Positions 1 to 13,941 of a stretch of 64,000 nucleotides of DNA are shown one piece after another. Made by a program: the position numbers and the translations under genes. The stretch covers positions 9,053,764 to 9,117,763 of the forward strand of contig CM082590.2 of the NCBI GenBank assembly GCA_040954595.2. The letters are read 5' to 3'. Under the pieces are notes generated by a model. It worked only from the letters and a program-made list of their open reading frames with translations, ran no database searches and was not told the origin of the DNA. Source of the DNA: Balanoglossus misakiensis. Its lineage: Eukaryota > Animalia > Hemichordata. How positions within the stretch are numbered: the stretch's first letter is position 1; each line of letters starts with the position of its first letter.

Positions 1-310
1 AGTTGCGCGCGAGCGTGCGTTGGGTTGTTTCTGTGTAATGACACGTGACATCTTCAGATCATCGGGATAAACACATAGCCGGATGAACAGATGGAAGTTT
101 TTTTTTTTTTCATTTTCGCAATACCAGCCTGTTTCATCATTTTGCTAGCCTGGTCTCCATACCCAGTGTGTTTTAGGTAGACTCGCACACAAGGGTCTGG
201 CCACAGAGTCAAGTATCTTCCATTTTTAAGATCTGCATGTCAATAGAACTCAAGATGCGATGTCACGGCAACGAGGTCACCACATGGTCTTGACTCTGAC
301 GTCGTTCAAG

Positions 311-1384
311 CCGTCTAAGCGTGTCTGACGTCATTTGATATCGAAGAATTAACTGTGAACAACAGAAGTGTATGAACGAACCAAAGAGGGCGTCTCTGGG
401 TTAATGTTTAAAAGACTGGACGCGGGGATATGGTAGGAAGCAAACTGGAGGCAGGATTTGGAACAGTTCTCTCTCGGCTAAAAGTAAGTGCTTTCTTGAT
501 GAATTCTCTGAAAATTCTTGACAGATCTGGAAAATAAGTGCATGAGGAATCATTTGAATTGGATTTTTGAACAGATTTGCTGCAAAATAATAGTTTAAAC
601 CTTAAATCTACGTGTTCAGAGGTCACCTAAGGTCACTTTAAGTGGTATTTTCAGTAGCTATTTCCTTGTAGCAAATTAGGAATCACGAAAACAAAAGTAG
701 CGATAGAAGGGAAATATTATCGTTATTAGTATTTTGGATTGTTCCGCTAAATTCACAGACTAGGTTGGAATCATTATGACATCAGAAAGTACCTGAAATT
801 TGTGATTGAACTCATTACAGTTCCTTACATAGCCATTAACCACTGGAAATTTGAATGGCTACGTAACTGCCGTCTAAGCGTGTCTGACGTCATTTGATAT
901 CAAAGAATCAACTGTGAACAACAGAAGTGTATGAACGAACCAAAGAGGGCGTCTCTGGGTTAATGTTTAACAGACTGGACGCGGGGGGATATATGGTAGA
1001 AAGCAAACTGGAGGCAGAATTCTGAACAGTTCTCTCTCAGCTAAAAGTAAGTGTTTTCTTGATGAATTCTCCAATAATTCTTAACAGATCTGGTAAATAA
1101 GTGCATGAGGAATCCTTTGAATTGGATTTTTGAACAGATTTGCTGCAAAATAATGGTTTAAACGGTAAATCGCTTGTGTTCAGAGGTCACCTGGGGTCAC
1201 TTTTAGTAGCCATTTTCAGTAGCTATTTCCTTGTTTTAAATTAGGGATCAAGAAAACATCCGTAGCGATAGAAGACGGATAGTATTGTTCTTAGTATTTT
1301 AGGTTGTTCAGCTAAATTCACAGACCAGACTGGAATCATTATGAGATCTGAAAGTACCTGAAATTTGTGATTGAACTCCTCACA
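311..1384. repeat. Tandem duplication of a ~510-560 bp unit (311-~822 and 870-~1384), with a short third partial copy at ~2751-2815
   Basis: CGTCTAAGCGTGTCTGACGTCATTTGATATC...GAAAGTACCTGAAATTTGTGATTGAACTC occurs twice with high identity. Each copy contains an AAAA|GTAAGT donor-like site (~484, ~1046). Confidence 0.9.
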
Positions 1385-1927
1385 GTCATTCTCAGACCAC
1401 TGTTGAGTTCCGTAGCCCTTCCACTTAGTGAGTACACCCAGCAGGCTTTTTTTCCAGTGTCTCACTATTAATTAATTAATTAATTACTTAAGTAATGAAG
1501 TTGATGAAAAGTTTGTTTCTTGCTGAAGAAATATGCAAATTTATTTATATCTAAAATTGTGCCTTATAAACAAAATGTAGTAACCATGGGATTGGCAGGG
1601 TAGTAGAAGGTACCAGCCCCTAACTGAATTTGTAAAATATTACACTTTGGTATGTCTTTAGTTATAAAACTGTGGTTGAAATCATAAAATAGAAAAGAAT
1701 GGTGTGTTAAGTATGTGTAGACATGTTTTGTTGATTGTTCCTATGAAATAATCTCAGTCTAATGTATTATTCTATGTTTTATACCAGTAATAAAGGTGTT
1801 CACAGTCACATATCACTTTACCATGGCTGATATTGTTACATTCCTTGGTAGATGTGACAGATGTACAGTTTAAAGTTATGTTGTTCATCCTTGTGATGAA
1901 CTCCACAAACTGAATGTATGACCAAAG

Positions 1928-2546
1928 ATGGCGCATTTTGATCCGTTTATGGTGTATCTTATAAGGTTGGCAGAGGATATTGGAGATGGTGAGTATAATT
2001 TTCTGGCAGGTGATTAAGGTATATGGCAATGAAATAATAGAACTGAAGCTTTCCAGCACTCAAAGTAATCAAGGGGTTTAAAGTAGATCACAATCTAAGA
2101 TTTCAAATTGAAAATGGGATAAAATATGGTGCATGGGCTAAAATATATAAATGTTACTTGTAAGTGTACAATAGTTCATGGGAGATTTATTTCTTTTTTG
2201 CATTAAAGATGACCTGATTAAATTGGTTGTTGGACTGACTGCTTTAAAGAAACCTTCAATACCTAAAAGGACAAGGGAAAAAATTCGGAAAGAAAACCAA
2301 CCATATTGTTTGCTTGAAACACTTTGTGAATGTGGACATTTATCAAGGGACAAACCTAAGATACTTGTTGAGTTGTTGAAATATGCCAACTGTTACTTGT
2401 TAGCGAAGAATGTAGAAGTTCGATATAAGACAGGATTTGACAAAGACTATTCATATGATAAAGTGACAAAAATAGCAGAGTCGTTGCCATGTAAGTATCA
2501 GAAGTGGAGCGTCAGTAATCCTTTAGATTTAGTATCAATCTCGTGA
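1928..2546 (+). pseudogene. Degenerate death-effector-domain (DED)-like coding remnants
   Basis: From 1928 the frame reads MAHFDPFMVYLIRLAEDIGDGEYNFLAGD*, resembling the FADD DED start MDPFLVLLHSVS, and is cut by a stop. ORF 2178-2546 contains LLETLCECGHLSRDKPKILVELLK, matching the DED LxxxLExxGxLSxxNxxxLxELL pattern. Similarity judged by eye. Confidence 0.4.
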
Positions 2547-2573
2547 TCTGGCCATGTGACCCATGGCGTTGTC

Positions 2574-2758
2574 ATTTCCAGATGACAGGCAAGCAATATT
2601 TTGGCATCCCGTTAAAGTTTGTCCGAGTATGATTATACTTTAGAACCGTCAGACACGTAACATGTATCAGGCATGGTGCCGATCATCAGTGTTTTGGCAT
2701 TTCGTCTGCACTGTCTTTGTCTGGACCACGTTGTTGAATTTGCCTGTCATCTGGAAAT
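2574..2758. mobile_element. MITE-like element with 19-bp perfect terminal inverted repeats
   Basis: ATTTCCAGATGACAGGCAA (2574-2592) and its reverse complement TTGCCTGTCATCTGGAAAT (2740-2758). Confidence 0.6.
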
Positions 2759-3154
2759 TTGAATGCCAACGTAACTGCGCTTGAGTGCGTCTGACATCAT
2801 TTGATATCGAAGAATACGGTTACTCTCCAAGATCACCACAGAATCTCATAATCTGGACTTGCAGCATTTTACAAGTACTCAGTGTATATTTACATTTTGT
2901 GTTATACGAATATCATGATTACTGTAAATGTTTAACCAGAATTATACAAATAATTATGATTTTAAAAGAGGTGAAATGATGGGAAAAAATTGGTCTATCT
3001 TCAGCTGGTCATAGTGATTGAAACTCATAGCATTTTGTGGTCACCTATTAAACCCTTTGGAAAAGTGCCATGCACAATTCATGGTTAGATGCTATTACCA
3101 CAGACTATATCGTACATATTAGTTATGAATGCTCTGACGGCCAAATGTATTTAG

Positions 3155-6100
3155 GTAAAAAGTAAATTTAATGTGAAAAAAATTGGTGAGGATGGAAATA
3201 CACCTTTATATTTTGCAGCACTGTCTGCTGAGGAAGACAGCGCCATACAAAACGAGGTAAAATAACGACCTGATTTTTACAGGTTAATGCTAATTAGGGC
3301 CCAAGCATTTGTTTATTTGTTTAGAGAAGCCTCACATTACATTTCAATAATGTGACCTTATTATTTTACAGTATGAAGACACACTTTTACACTTTGCAGC
3401 AGATAATGGTGATGAAGACTGTGTCAGATTGTTATTGAAACGCAAAGCTGACACTGTATCTATAAAAAACAAGGTAATGCCAACATGACTTCTACAGGTT
3501 TATGCTAATCAACATACAAAATTTTGTTTGTTTGTTTAAGGAAACCTCACATTGCATTTCAATTATTGTGACATTGTTCTCATGCTCCTCCTTCATTACT
3601 TACAGAAAGGATATACACCATTACACAATGCAGCAAGGTATGGAGATGAAGGCATTGTTAGATTGTTATTGGAACACAAAGCTGATGTTAACATACAAAA
3701 CAAGGTAAATACCAACCTGACTATCAATATAGAAACATTTACATTATTATTTGATTGGTTGTTTATTGTTTGTTAAAATATACCTCACATTACTTGTTTT
3801 TGTACTCACACAAAGCATCTTTTGTTTTTTGCATAGGATGGCAACACAGCATTCCACATGGCAGCAATTGGTGATGGATCTTGGAGGGATTTTGGAATAG
3901 TTGTGAAACTGTTGTTGCAATATGGAGCTGATATTAACTGCAAAAACCAGGTACAATTTCTATTCCGATAATTTGTTCCATATCACACTCTGCACCACAT
4001 GTTCTGATCAACTCCTGTTTTATTTGTTAAGTAGTTTTCACAATATTGGAATTTGAAAAGACTCATTTCTCTGGTAGTTGTCTTCTAGTAATATGATGGA
4101 ATCATTTAAAATCATCTGACAATTTAAAAGATTCAATGTCACAGAAGCTCTCACCTAATCTACTAATTGGTTTCTGTTTCAATATAAATTGGGCGCATTC
4201 AGGTTTTATTCACTATTGAACATGAACATGATCATTCTTTGTTTAAACCTATTGTATTGTCTGTTCAATATCAAAATCATAAATGACAGTGACTTCTTTT
4301 TATCCCAATAAAAATTAGATCGGAAAGACACCACTTGATGTCGCTGGAAGAAAATCTGTTAAGGATGTGCTATTGGGTTACATTAGAGTGAGTGTTATTT
4401 TTCTTTGTCATAAATTTTAATAATATATGACCTGAAATGTGCAAATTGTTATGCATCCTGCATTAAAAGGGTCAATTTATATCATTCAGTGATATAACTT
4501 GGTACTTACTACATATATTATATTTTTTTTATTTGTTTATTCAACAAGAAACAAAATGAGTTCAGTGACCTGGTGAAGAAACAAGGTGTGAAATGTGACA
4601 CTTTTAAGTTGTTCTTTGTTGGAAATGGTGGAGTTGGTAAGACTACACTGTTGAAGTCACTTCAGAGGGTATGTTTGTATTAATTTATGTGTGTAACAGC
4701 TCTATTTTACAAAATACATATGCAGGTATGGACCAGGGTTTCATGTGCAAGTTTGCATACTGAATGAAATGATGAGCCAGAATAAAGTCTGTACATGGCA
4801 GTATTTGTGTAAAACCCGTGCTTTCTCAAATATGTTAAGTCCTCTTATGAGGATTTGTAAAGCAACAGATGCCTGTTATGAAAAAAAAAATCCATTAGAG
4901 TGGAAGTATCAGTAGAAATGATTGGCAGAACATGCTCGCTCAGATTTCATCATTTAGTGAAGTTATTTTAGTGCTGGCATTATGGGAGTTCACAGGATAA
5001 ACTCTTCATTGCATTTTCATTTTTCCAATCATTGTATGTGGGGGGGGGGGGGGGGGGTGAGGTTATATTACATTTGTTTGTTGTGTTTTGATTACCCATG
5101 GCCCCTGAAAAGAGAACATCTGCTTTTGTATACAACAGTGATATTGGAAGTACCGGTACTTTGCATGCATATTATACATTGTTTTATTTAAACATTTTAT
5201 ACAATTTAATTAGGCAGTTTAATGCACTCTGATGCACCATCACAAGTAATTATGGTCCTATACAACGAGCAGAAAACTCATAAAATAACTAGAAATTGTT
5301 TTTCTTTCACTTTTCCTTATCAAAGAGTGAAGAAACAACCCTGGAATCTCAAGAAAGTGAACACATTCCCACACCCGGTATTGATGTCCAAAGTGTTCAT
5401 ATTCCTGACGTAGGAAATGTCAATGTTTGGGATTTTGCCGGCCAGGCTGAGTATTATGTCACTCATAACATGTTTCTGGGAACACCCAATGCTGTCTCCA
5501 TATTGGTGTTCAAAGCTACAGACGAGAATGGTCAACTCAACACCTTTGATCGTGTGTTCCCACAGGTAAGAACCTTCACAGTAAATTTACTAAATATGCA
5601 TGAGACTGGAAATCCAATGTTTCGCATCATTTATCTCTTTCCATACCCCAAGAAACTGACCATTCCCAAAATATCATGCTTTGCTTTGAATTTTAAAGCA
5701 CTTTAAGGGTTAAATTGGCCTCAAAATTAATGCTTTTCATGATACAAATATTCTCATTTGTAGATTTTGTTTTGGTTGCGGTTTCTGAAAGGAACAACCC
5801 ACATGGACAGGTATTCATTTGATGAGCCCGGTGAAGGATACAAGAAACCAGTGGTGATATTGGTTGCAAGTCGAGCTGATCAGTTGAAGAGAATCCATAT
5901 GGCTCTAGGTGGGTGTTGTCAGCTCATGCAAATACTGTACAATGTCAAGCTTATAATATCATCAAGCTTATAATATGAGCTATATAATTACAATGTCCAT
6001 TTTAAGCACTAGCTAAGCTGTCAAGGAAAAGATTCACAGCAGAACTTTTTTGCCAAAGTTTCTGCATATGGAATTATCTGGCAATTAATATTGTAATCAC

Positions 6101-8484
6101 TTTATAATTTACAGCTCGTCATTTGCTGAAGGAAGTTCTGACAGAAGCCCAGACTATGTTTCAAGATTATTTAGACATAGTAGTGAGCGACATATTTCTG
6201 TTGAATTGCCAAGATCCTACAGACCAGGGAATGAAGAAACTCCTTGACTGTTTACATCAGAAAAAGGTAACAATATTTTGAATTGTTAAGCTTTTTTAAA
6301 ACAAATGCACTTTAATTGGTGGACAACTTAAAGATTCATAAAGAATATATTTCTAAATGTGTAAAAACAGAACACCCTAATCATGTTGAACAATTATTAA
6401 TTGATACTCAATCTATAAAATTTGAATTTCTACTTGAAAGTTACATTTCCAGACTAAATGCAATGAAAACAATATCGACTGAAATACATTATATTGTAAT
6501 ATTGCCCCTAGGCTTGCAGTATGTCACTTGCTTGACAAGTCATAGTGTTATTTAATATTTTTTCTTGTAACACAGACCAAAAATTGACTGAATATAATAT
6601 TTGGCTACTTCCAATCTTTAAACATGTTATCAATTTCTTTTCATTCTTAGACTGTGAAAATTCTTCCAAGCGTGTGTGCCAAGATAATGGAAAAGAAGAG
6701 GAAATTATATGATGACTTCCCAGCTCTTTATTGGAGAGAATATGTGGCAAGAATCAAAGAAATAGACCCCACGGTTGACGAAAGTTTCTTACAAAAAGCC
6801 ACCAACTATCTGCATGACATTGGAGAGGTCAGTAACAAGAAACAACATCTTGCTCATCCATTCTCTTTTAATTATAATGTATCTGATTTTCCATCAGTAA
6901 CAAATTATCTCAATAAATTTTCTCTTCCGGAGTCAGTAATAGCAGATTCCATAAAGTTGTTGAATAATTGTAATTTATAAATATAATGTATGACTCATAA
7001 TGGACCAAAGCACACATTATGAAGTAAATGCAGTGATCGAGTCACAGGATTAAGACACAGTCAAATTAATCATTGTGGAATGAAAGCAGTCGAAGCTCTA
7101 CTAGTTGTGTGAAAGACTTGTACAGATTGTCCCAAGCATTGAAGTATTTCTTTTCTTGTTTCAGCTTTTGTATGTGAGGAAGTCATCTCCTGAAAGAGAA
7201 GATGTCGTGGTACTTGATCCAAGATGGTTGTATAACAGGATATTTGGACCAATGTTGGCCACCCCTTTATTTGCACAGTTCAGTTCCAGATTCAAGAGAG
7301 ATTGCTTTCAGACGATGGATCAGATAGAAGATGTACTTGGTGAGGAAGGTATAAACATCAAATTTCTCATCGACCTTCTAGAGGATTTTGGGCTTCTCTG
7401 TCCAGTACATGACATCACAAGAACTGGAGGAAAACTTTTCTTCATACCAGGGCTTCAAGACGATGACATGCCTAAAGATCAATGGAAATTGAATCGCATG
7501 AAGACTATCTACCGTGGAATACGGTTTGAATGCCATGATGAATCAGATTCCTTTACGGCAGGCTTCTTCCCAAGATTACAGACCCGTCTATATAAGCGTT
7601 TCACCAACCTTGGCCAACCGCCCAGTGGCTTATGGAGAAATGGTATCAAAGTGTGCCATGATGTTGAAGGTCTTGTCTTTATGACCAATGGCAGAAGGGC
7701 AGTCAATGTCTGTGTACGAGTTAAAGACAAGAAGTTGATTGGTAAGGGCCATGAGCTTCTTGAGATGGTTTCCAAAGACGTACAGGATGTCTTCTCGATC
7801 GCATGTCCAGGCAACAGGATGAATCAGCTTATCCTGAGTGCAGATTCTCTTGCAAACCACGACATGGAACAAGTTGGGTTTTACACTCTTGATGATGTGC
7901 TACGTGCAGAAGACATCGGGGAGAAAGTGTACAACAAAGAAGTTGGTAAAGCAGAAGATGTTTGTGACCTGCTTTGTCAAGGTTATGACACGACAATGTT
8001 ACTGAAGAAGTGGAAACGCTGTGATATCAAATGGATGCTAGAAGATACCAGAGAAAACCTGACAATGGGAATGCAGTCTGATCGTCATTTTTCTCAGAGC
8101 TATGGCACCATGGCAGATTTCATGGGCATTACGCTCCAGGATATCAAGGGATTTAAATCGATGGCGAGTCAGACAGACAGACCAGTTACAGAGTATCTCT
8201 TTGAAGAGTGGTGTCGTAGATGCGCAGAAAAGAAACGACTTCAACGGGAAAAAGAGACAACTACAGGTGCAGGTGCCAGAGCCGTGTCACATGACATCGA
8301 TGCCACCAAAGGTCGTATGGCAAGAATGTCAAGTGGAGAAGCAAGACAGAAGTATCCACGTGTAGAGGGACCCCTCTTCGAAAGCAACTTTGAGAATCTG
8401 TTGGCAATTTTCAAGACCATGGGAAGATACGATATGGTCAGATTTATTGAAGAGATGTTCGAGAAATTGGAAGAACGCAGATAG
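3155..8484 (+). CDS. Ankyrin-repeat / Roc GTPase / COR / death-domain protein (DAPK1-like Roco protein lacking a kinase in this window); 5' end uncertain
   Basis: In-frame GT-AG exons: 3155-3256?, 3372-3473, 3606-3704, 3837-3950, 4319-4387, 4549-4668, 5326-5565, 5764-5908, 6115-6266, 6651-6827, 7165-8484. Ankyrin exons (KGYTPLHNAARYGDEGIVRLLLEHKADVNIQNK); P-loop GNGGVGKTT; Roc G2/G3 motifs TPGID and VWDFAGQAEYY; COR motifs (YLHDIGE, VVLDPRWL, FFIPGL, GFFPRLQ, LWRNGI); C-terminal death-domain-like region (MADFMGI...YLFEEW...NLLAIFKTMGRYDMVRFIE). Confidence 0.85.
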
Positions 8485-9866
8485 ACTGTCAAAAGATGAG
8501 CAGATAACGTGTGTAAATTCCACCCAGTATTAACCAAAACCGTGTGTGTTAAATTGTCATAAAAATGTCAGGTGCCTTTGAAATAATTGATCTGGAAACA
8601 TTATAACCATGTACCACCATGTCAGTTCAGCCCAGTGTAGTGTAGACACGTAAATGGTGGTCCAGAATTGAAAAGAAACTTTGGACCTCAAATCTTTTGT
8701 TTCGAAATAGTAATATTATAGTCTAAAAATGCAAAAGGTGTCATACAACAGTGAAAAGGTTGTCACAGTGTATTTTTTGCCGTTTGTGAATCTGATGACC
8801 AGGAGGTGGTCTTTGAGCAATGTGTATTCAACCTACAAACTATAGTTAAAAGAGTGCATTTCTCATGTCTTAAATACAATGTAGATGTCGAAAAAAAAAA
8901 AGGAAATCCGAGAGTAGTATTTCTGAAATGACATTTTCAAATACCACACGTCCAGTATATAGAGTGATAAGTGTGTGTGATTCTCAATGTATCTATTAAT
9001 TGCCAATGCAGCCCAACAGAATATCTACAACCAATGTACATAAGAGTTTGGTTAATTTTGTTTGTTTGATAGATTTAAACTTCTGTCTCAATAACAATTT
9101 TTGATGTTTGTTTTGTTGTGTTTGTTTTTAATGCTCTGCAAAACTGTTTGTATCTTCTTTACAAGTTATATAAAGAGACCACTAATTTTTAATCCCTACG
9201 AGTATTTTAAGCGAATTTAAAATGTTCCCTGACCAAATGTAATTTTTTAAAACTTTATTGAGGTTCATTATGTATGTCTGTGATTTGTGTGAAGGATGTA
9301 CCATTTTTTTCGTTTAAGAATAAAGTTTCTTTTTTGCTTGATTGCAATAATTTGTAAGCGTTTTTCTTTCATCCATAACATAGTTTACAAACTTAGTTCT
9401 GATCTTGTACTTTTATGGAGACAAAAATGACGGATGAACTTTTGGCGTCACCCCCAAAAATGATATATTACTTTCAATTAATTTTAATTGGGATATGGTC
9501 AGCTGAAAAACATTCAAGTTTCTTTTTGAAGCCTTCCTACATTCACTTATAGTCTGTCTTTGGGTCCAGTTTGACCTAAAAATGTTAGGGGCAACGTTTG
9601 CTATTAAAAGAATGTGTCAGTATGAGGCAAACGACGAACTTGTCGGAAATTGTGAACTTTGACCCAAATCACTATGGTAACCGCGCTGTAAGCACAGTAC
9701 CCCCTAGCCCTGTACAAAATGTGTATTGACGAGCGCCACCAATCTTTACATTACCCATCATGCATTGTAAGTTGCCTGGACGTCCTCAAGGTTCAGGTCA
9801 CTGACGAAGCCTTTAGTTTTCAACGATTCTTGAACGACAAGGTGGGTTTTTCGTGGTGTTACGAGC

Positions 9867-11873
9867 ATGTCGTCACCAGCGGATATCACTCTTTCGTTGC
9901 GGAAAACCATAAATGTAATGTTTATGGGAGAAAGCAGCACGGAGCAGTTTGATAGTGGTAACGCCTACTTTGTGTCGTCTGCGGAACATCGAGTACTTCC
10001 GGGTTTCACCCAACAAGGTAAGGGTTTGTTTACGTGTGTATTAATCATGGTTAGTCGTGGTCATTTGATGTTCCAAACAGGACAATAGTACAGGAATTTC
10101 AAGATAAATTCGTTGTTGCTGTAATGATCGAAACGGAGACCGTTGTGTCAAGCCCTGGCACGAATTGACAAGGTCATATCGTCACACAAAGTCACAAATA
10201 CAAGCTATTCCATTAAAATCTCTGCTTGAGAGATAAATAACTTCAGTGTGTCTTGTTTGATGTGATTGATCAATAGATTGCAGTTATGTCTGGGAGGAAG
10301 CCAGGAGAACCAATCAGACCACTCAGCTTGAAGACTGCTTGGTGAGAAAAACTCAACAACTGATCCATCATCTCAGGAACGACACTCTTTCAGAGAAAGG
10401 TAAACTTGATTAATGCTTCTTATTATCTTTCCACCCAAAAATTAAAAAATATCTTTCCCCGAAAAAATAACTTACATTGACAACAATCAAGTCATGCCAA
10501 GGAGGGGTAGAAAAGGATTCTTAATCGCTATTCGTGTGTATTTGACAGAAAAATCAACCTTGGTCAACTTCCTGTTTGAAAGTGGTGCCATCTCTCTGGA
10601 AGTGACAACCAGCCAATTGCCACGCCCTGAAAGCCAGTACCATGGAAACACCAGCGAAAGAGTGTGTCACCATGACGATGGCACGTATTCTGTGGTGCCG
10701 GAAACTAACATGGGAATCACTGACGTTAAAAGTATTGCTGTCGACTCGGAAATGACACAACACGAAAATGAGGGCTATCAAGCGAGACACTGTGACAATT
10801 TGGATGTTGATACCAGACAATGCCAACCGAGCTTGACAGCAATAACCGGCCAGAAATTTGAGAGTGTGAGAGACATTGTGGATAATTTTGACAGCATCGA
10901 TGAACAGTCAGGAAATTCAAATCGAGAGAACTCGAAATTGTATCCGAATGTCGGAATTGACAATGCAGCGTTGTATCGACACGCCGGCGAAGGAAGTTCG
11001 CGCGCTCGCGGAGACGTCAGTTTTGTGGAGAGTGTCTCTTTCCCAGCTCAGTGTCTGGAGAATGTCACCCAATCGGAAATCTCTCAATGTGTGGATGAGA
11101 ACGAGAGCAAGGATGAGATTGTCATCAAAGAGGAAAGCCCTGGGGATGACATTGTGTACATGTGTAACCCTGAGAGGCCATCAGTGTCACGTGTTGGTGA
11201 AACGACCGAGGCAGACCGCCTGAATGTGGAAATAGAAGCAGAGTCTGACAGATCGCAAATCTTCATCCCCCCTTCTGAGACCTCCCAGGCACTGACACGG
11301 CCTAAACAAAACATCCAACCATTCAGACCCACAGCCAACACTGCAAAAGTTCCAAAAGCCCGGTTAAAACTCGGACTATTGTCCGTTGCTGGCTACAACA
11401 AGAAAAGATCCTTGAAAGGACGATACTTTGTGTGTAATCTATGCTCAGCAGGGTTTGACAACAGAAGTCGGCTTCTAGCCCACATGAAAAGTCACACTAA
11501 GGGTGCGCAGAAGAAGGCCGTGGAATGCAAGGACTGTCGGGAGAAATTCAACAACAAGGAAAGCCTGGTTGCCCACCAGAGATTCCATATCCACACTGGA
11601 GAGACCCCTTTCCAGTGCGACGTCTGCGGAAAAGCGTTCAAATTCCGCAACCGGTTGATCTCGCACACCAGGACGCACACCGGGGAGAAACCTTTCCAGT
11701 GTCTCATGTGCAATAAACGTTTCAGCGACCGGTCCAACCTCAACGCCCACCGCAGGGTGCACACCGGAGAAAGACCTTTCGACTGCTCCGTGTGCGGGGC
11801 CAGTTTCGGACACCGATCCAACCTCCGGAAGCACTACCTGAGATACCACAGTCGAGATGCACCTCCGGTCTAA
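9867..11873 (+). CDS. ZNF-1: C2H2 zinc-finger protein (5 fingers) with the shared novel N-terminal domain
   Basis: Exons 9867-10017, 10277-10399 (123 nt), 10549-11873, joined by phase-1 GT-AG introns. HTGEKPF-type linkers. Exon 2 = DCSYVWEEARRTNQTTQLEDCLVRKTQQLIHHLRNDTLSEK. Confidence 0.9.
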
Positions 11874-12027
11874 AGGAAAACATTTCTCAGAAGAATCCAT
11901 GTATAAATCGAACATTTTAGATGCACAGTGAGATATCAAATGGATTCTGCCATCAGACAATTACATTACTTGGGTTTTTTTGTCAGACATTGACACTGCA
12001 AAGATCAATTATTACCAAATCTTTGTA

Positions 12028-12215
12028 CAGTCAAACCTGTGTTAGTGACCACCTCTATATAGTGACCACCTCTATATAGTGGCCACTATGTTACAGTCCC
12101 TGTGCAATTTACAAATTACATGTGCATTAATTGACCTCTCGATAAAGACCACCTGTCTATAAAGGCCAGTTTAGGAAAGTCCCTTGACTGGCCACTAAAT
12201 ACACAGGTTTGACTG
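12028..12215. mobile_element. Tc1/mariner (pogo/Tigger-type) MITE downstream of ZNF-1
   Basis: TA|CAGTCAAACCTGTG ... CACAGGTTTGACTG termini with internal GACCACCTCTATATAG subrepeats. A homologous copy lies at 20909 in inverted orientation. Confidence 0.8.
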
Positions 12216-12709
12216 TGTCATACATTTCCTTCGTTTTCTGCCAGCATTGCAATATAAACTGACCATATGCCACATGACTTAATGCAGATATTTTTTCAAT
12301 ACATTATTTCTATTGTTTTTCTGGTTACAGTAGAAAAAATGTAGCATCTCTGCATCCATTGTAACTTCATTGCAGAGGTTTTATATTCATATAAGTTAAG
12401 ATAAACAGTTTTGAGAAATAAAGGTTTATCAACTGTAAGATCATTGTCATTTTTTTTACTAATTTCAGCAAAGCTACAGCTTTCTTCTGTTTGCTAAATT
12501 TCTTCCTCTGACTTCGGATGGCATAAGAATTCTACAATATACACAATGTCAAATCTCATAAAGTTGATGTCAAATCTGTGAAATTTCATGTGTGAAATTC
12601 TATAAAGTCCGTTCAATTAGAACCAGGCCACTTAACATATTGGAATGAATATAACATCATCTGTGTACAATTTCCATCATGACAGAAATTTAATTCTATG
12701 TTTCTACAA

Positions 12710-13642
12710 CTAAAGAATGTCTCTCATATCATAAACAAATTTCAATCCATGTTCCTCGGCTTTCCCAGTAACTTCTCGATCAAAAAATTCATTTTGCGCA
12801 ACAGTGAAGTGGTTCTTCCAATCACCGACTTGACCTCTGCGCTGATGACGAGCATCATCTGGAAAGGAGTGCGTATCCGCGCCAACCATTGAATATTGAC
12901 GGAAGATTTCCTTCCCTTGACTCATTGCAACAAAACTGCAACTTTCAGCCACTTTTTCAATTTCCTCGTCTGACTTCGAACGATCCAGAAAATCCGTGAT
13001 CTGGCACAACACAGATTTCAAATCTCTCTTCATATCTTCAAATGTCACATGTAGCACATTGTCCTGCTGGGTGTATCGTTTCCATGCCAACACATGATCC
13101 AACCAAGAGCCGTACAACACTCTCCCCTGAACGAAAGCCTTAACCCAGTCGTTCCAATCCAAATCCATCCCGATCCAAGGAATTGATCTCATGTAACTAT
13201 AATACGACACGCATACATCTTTCGGATTTCTGGCTACATATATGACTTTACACATCTTTTGACCTTTGACCCATGACTTTGGGAACAACTGTGGAGGAAG
13301 ATGGCAGAATAACAACCTTGGTGACGTCATCTTCTGCAAGGATGTCTTCACAGCCTTTGCATGTTCACCATACATACCAGGTATGTGATCGGCGTCTTCG
13401 TAAAGTAGGTCAAGGCGCACTGTTTTCTTTGTGGCTGGCAGTAAGAAATTGAGGTCACTGTACATGCTAGTTAAGGCCTTTAACATCCAGTATGTTCCTG
13501 ATTTGATATACGTCACAATGACGATATCGTCGTCTCTAACGTCCCATGTGTCTATCGGATTGGTCTGCACGGTCTCTATGTTATGGACACAGTTTATGAA
13601 GTAACAACCGTTGTAGAAGAAACCTGGCCATTCCTTTGCCAT
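12710..13642 (-). CDS. Cytosolic sulfotransferase A (SULT1-like), intronless CDS
   Basis: Likely start MAKEWPG at 13642, matching the paralogs. 5'-PSB loop TYIKSGT, RNPKDVCVS 3'-PB motif, YGSWLDHV, RRGQVGDWKNHFTVAQNE (GxxGxWK plus the KxxxTVxxxE dimer motif). Confidence 0.93.
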   Translation of the reverse strand: MAKEWPGFFYNGCYFINCVHNIETVQTNPIDTWDVRDDDIVIVTYIKSGTYWMLKALTSMYSDLNFLLPATKKTVRLDLLYEDADHIPGMYGEHAKAVKTSLQKMTSPRLLFCHLPPQLFPKSWVKGQKMCKVIYVARNPKDVCVSYYSYMRSIPWIGMDLDWNDWVKAFVQGRVLYGSWLDHVLAWKRYTQQDNVLHVTFEDMKRDLKSVLCQITDFLDRSKSDEEIEKVAESCSFVAMSQGKEIFRQYSMVGADTHSFPDDARHQRRGQVGDWKNHFTVAQNEFFDREVTGKAEEHGLKFVYDMRDIL

Positions 13643-13941
13643 TGTGTTTATTGTACTGTCCAAAGCATGAAGTGAAAAGAACAATTTACAGTGACCTTTG
13701 CTTGTCAGAAATGTTGAGGGCGCTCTTCACTTGTAACATGTCATAGACGATCGTTGCCCTTTAATCCACTTTCCCAGAGATTTCCTTTTGTATAAACCAC
13801 GTGGTACGTATTCGCGGTCTGCCTTGAAGGTCACAGTAACCTTGAAGCCACTGTTCTCATTTCAAACATGAAATAGCGAATAAATGGTCTGGTTCTTGCT
13901 TGTTCTGTAGAGGGCAAGTCGCGAAAAGATTGAGCCAACCC

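Noticed and set aside
10277-10399. Assignment of the shared ZNF N-terminal domain to KRAB, ZAD, SCAN, BTB or TRADD-N-like
   Set aside because: It lacks the KRAB DV/EEW...MLENY pattern, the ZAD four-Cys ligands and SCAN/BTB signatures. The TRADD-N-like LWxxxxSGxL resemblance is only superficial by eye and needs a profile search.
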